Virus record (IMG/VR): IMGVR_UViG_3300032267_001484
From: a virus
Reading direction: 5' to 3' (one strand)
DNA length: 64,000 nucleotides
Positions 40,101 to 49,603 of the stretch are shown here, piece by piece; position 1 is the stretch's first letter; each line of letters starts with the position of its first letter. The translations under genes and the position numbers were made by a program. The notes under the pieces are model-generated. The model was not told where the DNA came from. It worked only from the letters and a program-made list of their open reading frames with translations, and searched no databases.

Positions 40101-43100
40101 TACCCCTAGCTCTAACATCAGTATTTGATTTTAGTTCTATAAGAACAGCAGTAGCAGATGAAATTCCTGCTTTATTTCCCTCTATATAAACTACAGGAGT
40201 TGTATCAGAATTATCTTGAGACTCTATTCTTAACATTGAGTTGGTAGAGCCTGAAATATGGAGTTTTGATGTTGGGATTGTAGTACCTATACCAACATTA
40301 CCAGCACTTTGATACATTACACTACTGCTTAAAGTAGTAGCTCCAGTCCATAATGGAATATAGTTTGTTGCACCACCTAAGACACTACCTGCACTTGGAG
40401 CAAAGGATGCACTTAAAGCATAACTTGAACTAATAGCTACTGATGCACTCTGTGCCCAGCTAGCAGTTCCAAATAAAGAACTAGTTATACCAGCTCCAGT
40501 AACATTTAAACTACCAGTTATACTTACTGAACCTGTAAATTGATGTGTATTAGTCAATAAACTACCAAAACGAGAGGACCCAGTAACAAAATTAACAGAA
40601 GATGTTACTGTTTGTACTATAAGAGTTTGTGCAGTAATAGTACCTGTTGATAATATATTAGAAGCAGTTACAGCAGATGCTGATATATTTCCTGCTACTT
40701 CTAATTTTGCAGATGATGGAGTTACCCCTATACCTAAATTACCATTATTATCCAAAATCATCTTTTGGGTAAGAGTAGCTTGACCACCAACAGCAACTGT
40801 TTGTGAAGCACCAGTGAACCATCTAAAAGTATCACTCATTGCAAAAGCAGATCTTCCAATTGCTATTGTTGTTGATGATTGGAAAGTATCAGCAGATGAT
40901 GAAGGGGCAACAGCATATCCAAGAACAGGACCACCACTAGACTGATTTGTACCAAAATTAGTTAAATGTCCTGAAGTATATTGATCTTGTAATATTATTG
41001 ATCCATTAACTGCTTGGGCATTACCTGCAAAAATAGTTCCACTAACATCTAATCTTGCTGCAGGGGATATAGTACCTATGCCAATGTTACTTGCGCTTTG
41101 GTACATTACGCTACTGCTTAAAGTAGTAGCACTATTCCATAATGGAATATAGTTTGTTGCTCCTCCTGAAACTCCGCTAGCGCTAAGAGCATTATTAGCC
41201 CAAGATGCTGTACCTTGTAGTGATCCTGTATATCCTAAAGTTGCTATTGAACTACCGGTTATAACTTCATTACCTATTATATTTAATTCAACTGCTGCTG
41301 AACTAGATAAGGTAAGTGAACCTGTTATTATTTGATTACCTACAAATATATTTGAACCAGTTGTTGCAAAAACAGAAGATGCGGTTCCATTAAGTAAACC
41401 TGCATTAAATGCATAAGAAGCAGTTAATGCAAATGATGAACTTAATGCAAATGATGAACTCAACGTATAGCTACTACTTAATGCAAATGATGAACTTATT
41501 GCTCTAGATGAGCTTTCAGCCCAGCTAGCTGTACCAATTAATGAACCACTAAATGATCCAGTAAATGAATGTGCCCATACTCCACCACTAACATGTAATC
41601 TACCTAAAGAAGGTGTTGTAGTACCTATGCCAACTCTACCTACATTATCAATAGTAAAGAAGGCATATGATTGAGAAGCAACAGTATTACTTTCAGATCC
41701 AGTTAATCTTGCTACAACAAATTTGTCTGGGGATGGTTGGGTGCCGTATGGGTTTCCAAAAAACCAGTTAAAACTTTGAGCAGAGGTGTATGTGTGAATG
41801 CCATTACCACGAGCGTGGTCAACACCTCTCATCAATATTCTAGTAGCTAGATAATCAACATTAGTACTAGTTGCTTCTAAAACTAATGTTGTGTTATTGG
41901 ATTGATTTTTATAAATATGAAAATCACCTGATGGTGTTAGTGTACCTACGCCAATATTGCTTGCACTTTGGTACATTACACTACTGCTTAAAGTAGTAGC
42001 GCTATTCCATAATGGAATATAGTTTGTTGCACCACCTTGGATATTAGATGCAGTTAATGCATTTCGAGCCCAAGAGGCAGTACCAAATAATGAACCAGTT
42101 AAATTATTAATAGTAGCAGGACCATCCATATTTAATGATCCTGTTATAGTAACAGATCCTGTTATTTGATGGGTATTAGTTGATAAACTACCATGTACTG
42201 TAGATCCTGTAATCTGTTCAGTAATAGATATGATAGTTGTTGCAACAATATTAGTTGCAGTTATTGTACCACTAACACTAAAATTGCCTGATATAAAGGT
42301 AGGGGCCCATGAAGCAGACAAGGCAAATGAAGCACTTGTAGCTATTGATGAAGAAAGAGCATAGCTACTACTTACAGCAAATGAAGCACTCTTAACACTA
42401 TCAAACCCATAAGGACCAAATACACGAGATGAAGTTATCCAAGATGCACTTAAAGCATTATTAGCCCAAGATGCAGTACCTTGTAATGACCCTGTTATTG
42501 ATCCTGAAAGTACAATTAGATTACCTATTATGGTTTCACTACCTGATATATTTAGTGATCCTGTAATGGATTGTACTCCAATAACAACATTGGAGCCAGT
42601 AGTCATAAAAGCAGATGATGCGGTTCCATTAAGTAATCCTGCGTTAAAGGCATAGGCAGAAGTAACAGCAAATGAAGCACTTTTAACACTATCAAGTCCA
42701 TAAGGACCAAATACATTTGATGAGCTTACCCACGATGCTGTTCTAGCATTAATTGCATTAGATGCAGATTCCGCGTATAAAGCGTATGATGCTGTTGCTA
42801 CAGAACCAGATTGGGATACAACTACATTGAATGTACTTCCATCACCTTTAGTAAAAGTAATTGTTGTGTTTACAGCAGATGCTGTTATTATACCTCGTAA
42901 AGGTAATGAAGATGTTTCGGCATATGATGCACTAGAGGCATAACTTGAACTAATAGCCACTGATGCACTCTGTGCCCAAGATGCTGTACCAAATAAAGAT
43001 CCAGTTATGCTTCCACTAACTAATAAAGAACCAGTAACAGTTAAAGAACCAGAAATAAGAGCGTTTCCTGTAAAAGGAAAACCAGATCCGGATGAGCCAG

Positions 43101-43251
43101 GTGATCCAGAAATATTTGTGCTATAGTAAAATCTACCTTCACTATCAGCTACTACAACTCTATTTAATGAAGAACTTTCGGTAAGTGCTACTTGCAGTGT
43201 ATTAAATCTAGCATTACCATCCATTCTAGGGATGTCGATGTATTGGGCCAT
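37177..43251 (-). CDS. 2024-aa long tail fibre with a C-terminal S74 intramolecular chaperone
   Basis: Many GNVGIGTTTP repeats; C-terminal SDKRLK..GVFAQDVQAVLPEAV..YEKIVPLLIEAIKEQQ. Confidence 0.9.
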   Translation of the reverse strand: MAQYIDIPRMDGNARFNTLQVALTESSSLNRVVVADSEGRFYYSTNISGSPGSSGSGFPFTGNALISGSLTVTGSLLVSGSITGSLFGTASWAQSASVAISSSYASSASYAETSSLPLRGIITASAVNTTITFTKGDGSTFNVVVSQSGSVATASYALYAESASNAINARTASWVSSSNVFGPYGLDSVKSASFAVTSAYAFNAGLLNGTASSAFMTTGSNVVIGVQSITGSLNISGSETIIGNLIVLSGSITGSLQGTASWANNALSASWITSSRVFGPYGFDSVKSASFAVSSSYALSSSIATSASFALSASWAPTFISGNFSVSGTITATNIVATTIISITEQITGSTVHGSLSTNTHQITGSVTITGSLNMDGPATINNLTGSLFGTASWARNALTASNIQGGATNYIPLWNSATTLSSSVMYQSASNIGVGTLTPSGDFHIYKNQSNNTTLVLEATSTNVDYLATRILMRGVDHARGNGIHTYTSAQSFNWFFGNPYGTQPSPDKFVVARLTGSESNTVASQSYAFFTIDNVGRVGIGTTTPSLGRLHVSGGVWAHSFTGSFSGSLIGTASWAESSSRAISSSFALSSSYTLSSSFALSSSFALTASYAFNAGLLNGTASSVFATTGSNIFVGNQIITGSLTLSSSAAVELNIIGNEVITGSSIATLGYTGSLQGTASWANNALSASGVSGGATNYIPLWNSATTLSSSVMYQSASNIGIGTISPAARLDVSGTIFAGNAQAVNGSIILQDQYTSGHLTNFGTNQSSGGPVLGYAVAPSSSADTFQSSTTIAIGRSAFAMSDTFRWFTGASQTVAVGGQATLTQKMILDNNGNLGIGVTPSSAKLEVAGNISASAVTASNILSTGTITAQTLIVQTVTSSVNFVTGSSRFGSLLTNTHQFTGSVSITGSLNVTGAGITSSLFGTASWAQSASVAISSSYALSASFAPSAGSVLGGATNYIPLWTGATTLSSSVMYQSAGNVGIGTTIPTSKLHISGSTNSMLRIESQDNSDTTPVVYIEGNKAGISSATAVLIELKSNTDVRARGINMTTADSNIRWFAGMAYNGGSTSGYQIGYDATTNNKPYYVQSSSLFIDTSGNVGIGTTSPSARLNVNGGATTLQHNAGVLNIYGNNHAYMQWYPTASAGRLAYLGFPSVGSTDFYITNESTNGNIYLLTNSSTRLFITASGNVGINSTTPYQRLTVVGAIEAGSGASTNGGPFLYRTYDGANNDYVNVLGSEYSTGAMTLGYGAVGKTGAAGYVSTFDNFSADRSILNIGGGTLTFLHTRASVNTAAGSDLSMTSSFAIATDGNITLSKLAGSGDRIVGASSTGQLSSINVGSGLSLSGGTLTATGGSAGTVTGTGANSRVAYWTSTSNVTGSNQFTWDNDNGRLGVNSTSPSYTLDVNGAIRGNNDVYLTGLSNTTQNNVMTVDPSTGKLYYTSSLSLLGSNVITNDNSITDQNFYRILKPLGGYYNTTTATVTGAIKITYPVGWTNTMHSVKITVYEYITNSSFTVNFGGYNYYPVDPSSGAWYNTFAYIESNSQIDTNYTVRFGYDGSKIVVFIGELADTWSYPQVHINDVSLGYSGLNPSWTGSWSVGFESSTFADKNITQTNTNNQVNSFVRNSSDVYYTRGNVGIGTSTPRDTLDVVGSIILRDTYNLTWGNTYGAGVPTITGASGSSAVLAFYPAGSTSGEKVRIDNNGNVGIANTSPTTAKLVIGGTATQEGLDLATADQYANLRVIRNSLNGSDKDMYIGYQSGVGSKLHLYSNNSETITVSGGNVGIGTTTPTVKLHVSGGSCVFSGTADQMLTLDATDSSWSYIGYSWAGTRRFYTGLDNAGKYVFGSDSAAVFYFTGGNVGIANATPSYPLDVIGDARINTGALGVGVVPNAVDGTISALADIIAYASDKRLKNNVQILDKPLEKINKLTGFTYNWNEKAKEVANYDTEELLVGVFAQDVQAVLPEAVKLAPFDNDGNNKSISGENYLTVQYEKIVPLLIEAIKEQQKQIDELKYLLQNKT
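40285..42036 (-). repeat. three dispersed copies of an approximately 90-bp module (GGATNYIPLW.SATTLSSSVMYQSA.N.GIGT)
   Basis: Near-identical DNA at about 40285-40376, 41075-41166 and 41945-42036. Confidence 0.85.
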
Positions 43252-43303
43252 GTTTAACCTTTAGTTCTCGTATAAATATACTATAAAAAAAACAATGATT
43301 AAA

Positions 43304-44113
43304 CTATACTCCATATCTACCTCTTAATATATTAAAGTTTTGTGTAATTTCAGCTTGAGTGAGGGCGCGGTTATATACTATAAGAACACTAGCACTTCCT
43401 GCCATATAATCAGCTCCTGATGTTCCTGTTGTACCAAAAAGAGCAAAACTAATACGATCAGCAATTGTATCTAATCCATGGGTTCCAGTTCCCACAACAT
43501 TGACTACTGTATTAGTGTTTTGAACTCCATTAACATATATTTTAACATCGTTTCCTGAATTAGGATATGTTCCGGTGTATGTTACTGTTAGGTTTGTCCA
43601 TGATTCTACTGGTACATCATTTCTAGTAATGTAATATCTAAGGTTTGAGCCGTTAGAAACTGCACTAAATCCAAATCCATTTTGGCCAGTTCCGTTTATA
43701 TTATTTCCATATTCAATAAACCAACCTCTAGTTGAGTTATTATCACTTTTATACCAAATAATACATTGCTCATTTGCAGGAAATTTTAACCACATATCAA
43801 CAGATAATGCACTTAATCCAGTAAGACTTGCTGATGAATTGAATAACATATAGTCATTTGTTCCATCAAAATTAATACTACTAAGAGCTCCAGCATTTGT
43901 ATATGCAGGACCATTTATTAAGCTACCAGTAACACTTCCTGTTAGACTAAGCCAGTTAGTACCTGAGCCTGAGTAGCTAAGAGTATTTGCAGCGTCTAGA
44001 TATAGTAAAGATCCACTTGTTACTATTCCTATTGGGGGAGGTGGATTATATACTTGTAATCCACTACCTTGAAATTGTCTATAAGAAGCAGGATTAAATA
44101 TTGTAACAGGCAT
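43304..44113 (-). CDS. LamG/ConA-like lectin-domain protein (paralogue 7)
   Basis: LYLDAA..SYSGSGTNW, FDGTNDY, YNRALTQAEITQNFN. Confidence 0.85.
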   Translation of the reverse strand: MPVTIFNPASYRQFQGSGLQVYNPPPPIGIVTSGSLLYLDAANTLSYSGSGTNWLSLTGSVTGSLINGPAYTNAGALSSINFDGTNDYMLFNSSASLTGLSALSVDMWLKFPANEQCIIWYKSDNNSTRGWFIEYGNNINGTGQNGFGFSAVSNGSNLRYYITRNDVPVESWTNLTVTYTGTYPNSGNDVKIYVNGVQNTNTVVNVVGTGTHGLDTIADRISFALFGTTGTSGADYMAGSASVLIVYNRALTQAEITQNFNILRGRYGV

Positions 44114-44125
44114 AAATTTATTTTA

Positions 44126-45655
44126 TTATCCTCTTGTTATATCGTATTGATGTGCTAGAAAATCTACTGAATGTAGCCTGGCTGTAGTTCCTATCATTTT
44201 TCCTATATGTGCTCCAAATCCTAAAGTAGAGCCTGATCTAGGAAGAGTGCCTGATATTTCAGTTGCTATAACCCAAGTAACACTATCTGTAGAGTAAAAA
44301 TAAGTTGCTCTATCCCATGTTGAATTTACATATGTTCCTAACCATATATAGTTAGTATCAACTAATGGGCCTGTTGAAGACGATGTATAAGTAGAAGCAG
44401 AAATAGCAACTGCTGTCCAGTTAGGACCACTAAATCCTCTAGAACCAGCTACTGATCCACTATGATATTGCCAAGCAATAGCATTTGAAGCAGATGGAGC
44501 TGATGTTGAGTCGTGCCAACCAGAGTATATGTGATAAGCCTCTGCACCTGTAGATAAATTTGTTTGTGGTGCTATTCTACTTAAGCATATAGCTTGACCT
44601 CGTTGTGGGATTATGCTAGCGTCGGTTGCACCTATATTTCCACGACCGGTAGCAGTAGTACCTGTTGATATTTGAACAGCACCTAATGGTCTTTCTGTAG
44701 TATTAACTAAATATGTACTTACTGCTGGTGTTGCGCCAGTACCTGAAAAAGTAGCTGTCCATACACCTGCTTGAATACCAGTAGTTGTGTTTGGGGAACC
44801 ACCTAAAAAATCATCAAATTGGTCAAAGAATCCATTAAATCCAATATTACCTGATGATCCTAAAGGTTCCCATCTAGAGGAAATACTATCATACATTAAA
44901 TGAATAGAGTCATTAGGTACTAAAAACACAACATTTCTAAAATCAAACCTATTTGCTGCTAAAGAAGATGTTGATTGGTCTTCTAGTATAATTAGCCTAT
45001 CAGGAGAAGAATTTCTTAAAATAGCTATTCTACCACTAGTACCACCAGCTAATCCTGTTATTTTGATTGATCTACTTCCAGTTATATCTAATGTAGTTGC
45101 TTTACTTGGATCAGTATTATTCCATCCTGTAGGTGAGAAATCGTTTTGGTCTGTAGTTACAGATGCTGTTATAACACTAAGTATAAATTGGTTTGTTTGT
45201 ATATTTGCTACAACAGAACCACTTACTAATAAACTTGAGGTGGTAAAATTGTATACAGTAACACTACCAGAGGATATAGTAGCAATAGTACCACTAGAAC
45301 CAGTAACATCCGTTACCCTAAATAATTCACTTCGTGAGCCAGAAATACTAAAACTACCAGTAACCCTAAAAGAACCAGTAAATTCCATCACATCACCACT
45401 AAATTCTAACACATCACCTGCTATATCTAATACACTTCCTGAGGTATTAAATATACTTAATGATCCTGTTAATGTAACACTACCTGAATTTGCAGCTCCC
45501 GTTGTTATAGTGGATTGAATAGTGTCTGAGCCGCTGCCTGATTTGCGGAAAAATATCCTTCCATCAGGTATATTCATGGCTAGTTCCCCTATTACTAATG
45601 AAGCAGTAGTAGGGATTGAACCAGATGTTAAACTTCTTTTTTGTCTTATTGGCAT
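44126..45655 (-). CDS. fibre-like protein with an Mtd_N-like N-terminal module
   Basis: IRQKRS..G..P....L.IGELAMN..DGRIF; rich in SGS/TGS. Confidence 0.7.
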   Translation of the reverse strand: MPIRQKRSLTSGSIPTTASLVIGELAMNIPDGRIFFRKSGSGSDTIQSTITTGAANSGSVTLTGSLSIFNTSGSVLDIAGDVLEFSGDVMEFTGSFRVTGSFSISGSRSELFRVTDVTGSSGTIATISSGSVTVYNFTTSSLLVSGSVVANIQTNQFILSVITASVTTDQNDFSPTGWNNTDPSKATTLDITGSRSIKITGLAGGTSGRIAILRNSSPDRLIILEDQSTSSLAANRFDFRNVVFLVPNDSIHLMYDSISSRWEPLGSSGNIGFNGFFDQFDDFLGGSPNTTTGIQAGVWTATFSGTGATPAVSTYLVNTTERPLGAVQISTGTTATGRGNIGATDASIIPQRGQAICLSRIAPQTNLSTGAEAYHIYSGWHDSTSAPSASNAIAWQYHSGSVAGSRGFSGPNWTAVAISASTYTSSSTGPLVDTNYIWLGTYVNSTWDRATYFYSTDSVTWVIATEISGTLPRSGSTLGFGAHIGKMIGTTARLHSVDFLAHQYDITRG

Positions 45656-45677
45656 ATCCTATATAAATATTAGTTTA

Positions 45678-45926
45678 TTATATTGGTTGATCGGGAAACC
45701 ATCCATTATCGTTCATATACTGTTGATCTTTTAATTCTAGTATTTCTTGTTCTGTTAATAATGCTTCTTGTCCTTCCGGTATTTGCATTGCTCCTTCTTC
45801 TGTTGTTGGATGTTCAGTACATCCAAACCAATAAGTAGTTGTATCACCAGTACACCCTTGTGATACACATATTTCTTGTGATCTATTTAAGGCTAACTGC
45901 ATTGTTGGGAATATTAAATATTTCAT
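45678..45926 (-). CDS. small acidic partner protein
   Basis: 82 aa; directly follows the AbfB-like lectin gene. Confidence 0.65.
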   Translation of the reverse strand: MKYLIFPTMQLALNRSQEICVSQGCTGDTTTYWFGCTEHPTTEEGAMQIPEGQEALLTEQEILELKDQQYMNDNGWFPDQPI

Positions 45927-45928
45927 AA

Positions 45929-46909
45929 TTAATATATTGTATAAAATGAATTTATATTCGTTTGTATTCCAGAACGATTCGAAAACTGATTAGAGCCGTA
46001 TATTATAAGTTCACTTAAATATCCTTCATACACTTCTGAGTTATTTGTTCTAGTTCCTATTATCAATGGTGTTCCTGTATTATTTGTAGATACATTTCCT
46101 TGTGTTCTTTCTCTATAGGCCGCCTCTACATTATTAACATAATAACTTGTATTTGCACTTCCTATGAATATAGACGTTAAAGCATATATATTATTATAAA
46201 CACTTCCACTTGTATTTATCGCAGGAACTAATCCTACACTAGCACCTGAACCCCAAACCAAAGCCTCCCCTGCTTTCCAATTATAAAAATCAGAATTCGC
46301 TCTTAGTACAATTGCATAGAAATTAGGCCCTACAATATCTGACCCTATAGTAGTTATGAATTTATAAGTACTGGTAGTTTGATCCATTTTAGTAACAATG
46401 AATGTACTCATATAAGAATTTGGTGTAATATTGGTTGTTGTTACCAAACGGCTGTTTGAAGAAGTTACAAACAACATTGACGGTTTTCCTCCTTGACTGT
46501 CTATAGTTCCTGCATTTACTATTCTTGGTTGGTTTCCAGCGGTTGCTTGAGATGCAGTTACATTATTGCCTGATTGGTCATACCATCTTGTGATAAAAGC
46601 ACTATTAGAAGATACAAAAGAACTTAAAGAAGCTGTATCTAATTGATTATTAACAAATCCAATATCTTGTTCAGCATTATCGTTAGATCGTCTTACTCTA
46701 ATTGCGTTACCTGAGTATGCTGATCTTAATTTGCGTAATGAGAAGGCAACAGCAGCATCTGTATATGTGTCTAAAAGGAAGGTTTCACCACCGCCGCCAC
46801 CACCACTGCTTCCAGATGTTGTATAAATTGAAGTGAAAGTTCCACCTAGCCCTAAACTAGTAAACCTTATTTTTCCTCCTTGTCCTGTATTTCTAATTGT
46901 TATTCCCAT
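45929..46909 (-). CDS. AbfB(GH54)-catalytic-like / LamG-fold carbohydrate-binding protein
   Basis: AFSLRKLRSAYSGNAIRVRRSNDNAEQDIGF, WYDQSGN, SELIIY. Confidence 0.7.
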   Translation of the reverse strand: MGITIRNTGQGGKIRFTSLGLGGTFTSIYTTSGSSGGGGGGETFLLDTYTDAAVAFSLRKLRSAYSGNAIRVRRSNDNAEQDIGFVNNQLDTASLSSFVSSNSAFITRWYDQSGNNVTASQATAGNQPRIVNAGTIDSQGGKPSMLFVTSSNSRLVTTTNITPNSYMSTFIVTKMDQTTSTYKFITTIGSDIVGPNFYAIVLRANSDFYNWKAGEALVWGSGASVGLVPAINTSGSVYNNIYALTSIFIGSANTSYYVNNVEAAYRERTQGNVSTNNTGTPLIIGTRTNNSEVYEGYLSELIIYGSNQFSNRSGIQTNINSFYTIY

Positions 46910-49101
46910 TAATAAAACCCTCCATCTATGTCTAAAGTAAATGATGATGTTGTTGAAAATGATGCTGTTCCTAATAGCGAACCAGTAAATGAACCAGTAA
47001 ACGAACCAGTTGCTCTTAATGTAGTACCATCATACGTTAATGTTGGTACACCTCCAAAAGCTCCTGCATTATTATATTGTATTTGTGTAGTTGAACCACC
47101 AGGTGTGCCACCACCGCCACCACCAGTAGAACCAGAAGCAGCAGTTGTAATTACATTACCACTTGAGTCTACTGCTAATACAGCAGCTACTGTTCCAGGA
47201 AATGATGATGTTGATGTGTATCTATAGAAAGCCAATTGGCCTGTATCTGATATTCTTACTCTTTCAGCTATACCAATAGCAGAACCAGAAGCTACTGTTT
47301 GTGATGCTGTTGTATAAAAAGATATTCTATCTTCTAATATAATAGCACTACGCCCAGCAGGAGAAGAAAAGGTAGATGTAAAATTATTAGTAGTAACAGT
47401 GCTAGGTACACAAGCATATGATATTACAGGACCACCACTAGAACGATTAGTTCCAAAATTAGTTAAGTTACCTGCTGTATAATAGTCTTGAAGTATAACT
47501 GTTCCTTCAGTTGCTGTATTTGATCCAGCTTTAATAGAACCAGCATTTATGTCTAAAGCTACAGTTGGTGCTGTTGTTCCTATACCAACTTTACCTCTTA
47601 ATATTGTTCTTATAATACTACTATTACCTAAAGTAACTGTATTTGAACCATGACCCACATTACTAGCACCTATTACAATTTCGTTTTGTCCATTACTTTG
47701 AGAGGCATAAGCTGAAACTCCTATATAAATGCTATTATCAGCTGTAGTATTTGCTGTGAGTCCGTCACCTAAAGTGTCTCCTGCATACCACCCAACAGCC
47801 ACATTAGAACCACCATCTGTATTACTTGCTAAGGAATTATATCCAACAGATGTATTTGCTTGACCTGAGGTATTAGAAAATAATGCTCCTTCACCTAATG
47901 CTGTGTTTTGAGTTCCAGTAAGATTATTTCTCATAGCAAGAGCACCCACAGCAGTATTGCTAGCTGCACCAGCAGCATTACTTGCTGACAGGGCATTCCA
48001 CCCTATAGCAGTATTTCTAGTAGCTGTTGTATTTCTAGCTAAGGCTTGGAAACCAAAGGCAATATTTTCAACAGCATTTCCTGCACCTCTTCCTATAGTA
48101 AAAGTATTTACATTTATATCAGTACTACTTGTTATACTACCTGTTACTCTAAGAGAACCTGTAATATCTTGGTCTCCTCTTACTACTAATTCAGTACCAG
48201 CAGATCCTGATAGTGTTAGGCTACCTGTTATTGTTTGGTTACCAACAAATGTGTTTGAACCAGTAGTTGCAAATACTGTGCTGTCTAACCCATCTAACAA
48301 ATTAGCATTACTTGCAAATGATGCTGTTGATACAAATGATGCTGTTTGGGCGGTAACTACAAATGAAGCTGTATTAGCTGTTTGAGCTAATGTTGCAAAC
48401 GAAGCAGACACTGCTTGAAGTACATATGATGCTGTTTGAGCAGTTGTAACGAATGATGCTGTTTGAGCGGTTGTTACAAAAGATGCAGTAGCAGCTGTGC
48501 CTAATAAGGATCCGGTAAAGTTAGAAGCAGATACTGCTCCAACTACAGTTAATGACCCTGTTATCCCTACACTACCTGTAAATTGGTGTGTATTAGATAT
48601 TAAACTGCCGAAGCGAGTAGAACCAGTAACAAAATTAACAGATGATGTTATTGTTTGTACTACTATTGTAGTAGCAGTTAATGTATTTCTAACAGTAAAA
48701 TTATCAGCAGATGATGCTGTTGATGCAAACGAAGAGGATATTGCATTCAAAACATAAGAAGCAGTAATAGCTTGAGAGGCACTAGTTGCAAAAGATGCTG
48801 TTCCTAACAATGAACCAGTTATACTACCTGTTACTATTAGACTACCGGATATTTTTACATTTTTAGACGAGTCAACAGCAAGTATATCAATACTACCTGT
48901 CGATACTGAAAATAAATTTGTATTTGATGCTGTTACATCTGTAATAGAAAATACACTACCAGCACTTCCAGACACACTAAGTATAGTAGAACCGCTTCCA
49001 ATAAGTCGTAATGCAGTAGCATTTGATGATGCAGACATTATAGTACTGCCCGTTACGGATAGCGAATTAAAACTTGCTGTATCTGTATAAAATATTGGCA
49101 T
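46909..49101 (-). CDS. fibre protein with YadA-head-like (NTAxG) repeats
   Basis: NTAIGWNAL/NTAVGALA/NTALGEGAL repeats, shared TAS and QTITSS modules, C-terminal IDGGFY. Confidence 0.8.
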   Translation of the reverse strand: MPIFYTDTASFNSLSVTGSTIMSASSNATALRLIGSGSTILSVSGSAGSVFSITDVTASNTNLFSVSTGSIDILAVDSSKNVKISGSLIVTGSITGSLLGTASFATSASQAITASYVLNAISSSFASTASSADNFTVRNTLTATTIVVQTITSSVNFVTGSTRFGSLISNTHQFTGSVGITGSLTVVGAVSASNFTGSLLGTAATASFVTTAQTASFVTTAQTASYVLQAVSASFATLAQTANTASFVVTAQTASFVSTASFASNANLLDGLDSTVFATTGSNTFVGNQTITGSLTLSGSAGTELVVRGDQDITGSLRVTGSITSSTDINVNTFTIGRGAGNAVENIAFGFQALARNTTATRNTAIGWNALSASNAAGAASNTAVGALAMRNNLTGTQNTALGEGALFSNTSGQANTSVGYNSLASNTDGGSNVAVGWYAGDTLGDGLTANTTADNSIYIGVSAYASQSNGQNEIVIGASNVGHGSNTVTLGNSSIIRTILRGKVGIGTTAPTVALDINAGSIKAGSNTATEGTVILQDYYTAGNLTNFGTNRSSGGPVISYACVPSTVTTNNFTSTFSSPAGRSAIILEDRISFYTTASQTVASGSAIGIAERVRISDTGQLAFYRYTSTSSFPGTVAAVLAVDSSGNVITTAASGSTGGGGGGTPGGSTTQIQYNNAGAFGGVPTLTYDGTTLRATGSFTGSFTGSLLGTASFSTTSSFTLDIDGGFY

Positions 49102-49140
49102 ATATTAATAAATATTTATTTTGTTATTTATATTATAATA

Positions 49141-49596
49141 CTAACAAGATCCACTAGTAACTGTTATTGGTGCTGGGTCTAAGGTTCCATAAAATACCCA
49201 TTGGGTTTCTAAATAAGGATTCGATGGTGCAGGAAAGGTAAGACCTTCATATAGCTCAATTCTTTCTCCTGAGATACTGCATATTATATATGTGCCATTA
49301 GCGGTTGAATTATCTATACTATAAAAGAAAGGCCCAGGGGATTGATAGACTGGACTAGTATACCCATTAAATGTTTGGTAACCAATAAAAGTGTATGTTT
49401 CATTTGCGGCTGCAACTCCACTAACACATATCGGTCCAGTATATGGAGTTAAAGGTTGAGGAAATGTAGGATCAGTATTTATATTAATACTTCCATTTCT
49501 ATTTACTCTACAATATGTGTTTATAGTTATTGCAGTAGTAGTATCAGTTTTATTTACACTACTATTATTAAGACTACCATTTATTATAACTCCCAT
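49141..49596 (-). CDS. hypothetical protein
   Basis: Packed ORF after the 49604 fibre. Confidence 0.6.
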   Translation of the reverse strand: MGVIINGSLNNSSVNKTDTTTAITINTYCRVNRNGSININTDPTFPQPLTPYTGPICVSGVAAANETYTFIGYQTFNGYTSPVYQSPGPFFYSIDNSTANGTYIICSISGERIELYEGLTFPAPSNPYLETQWVFYGTLDPAPITVTSGSC

Positions 49597-49603
49597 ATAT
49601 TAA

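Noticed and set aside
30332-45670. T4 sigma-55 late promoters (TATAAATA) driving + strand transcription
   Set aside because: No + strand genes follow them; the motif is consistently positioned for the minus-strand starts as ATATTTAT
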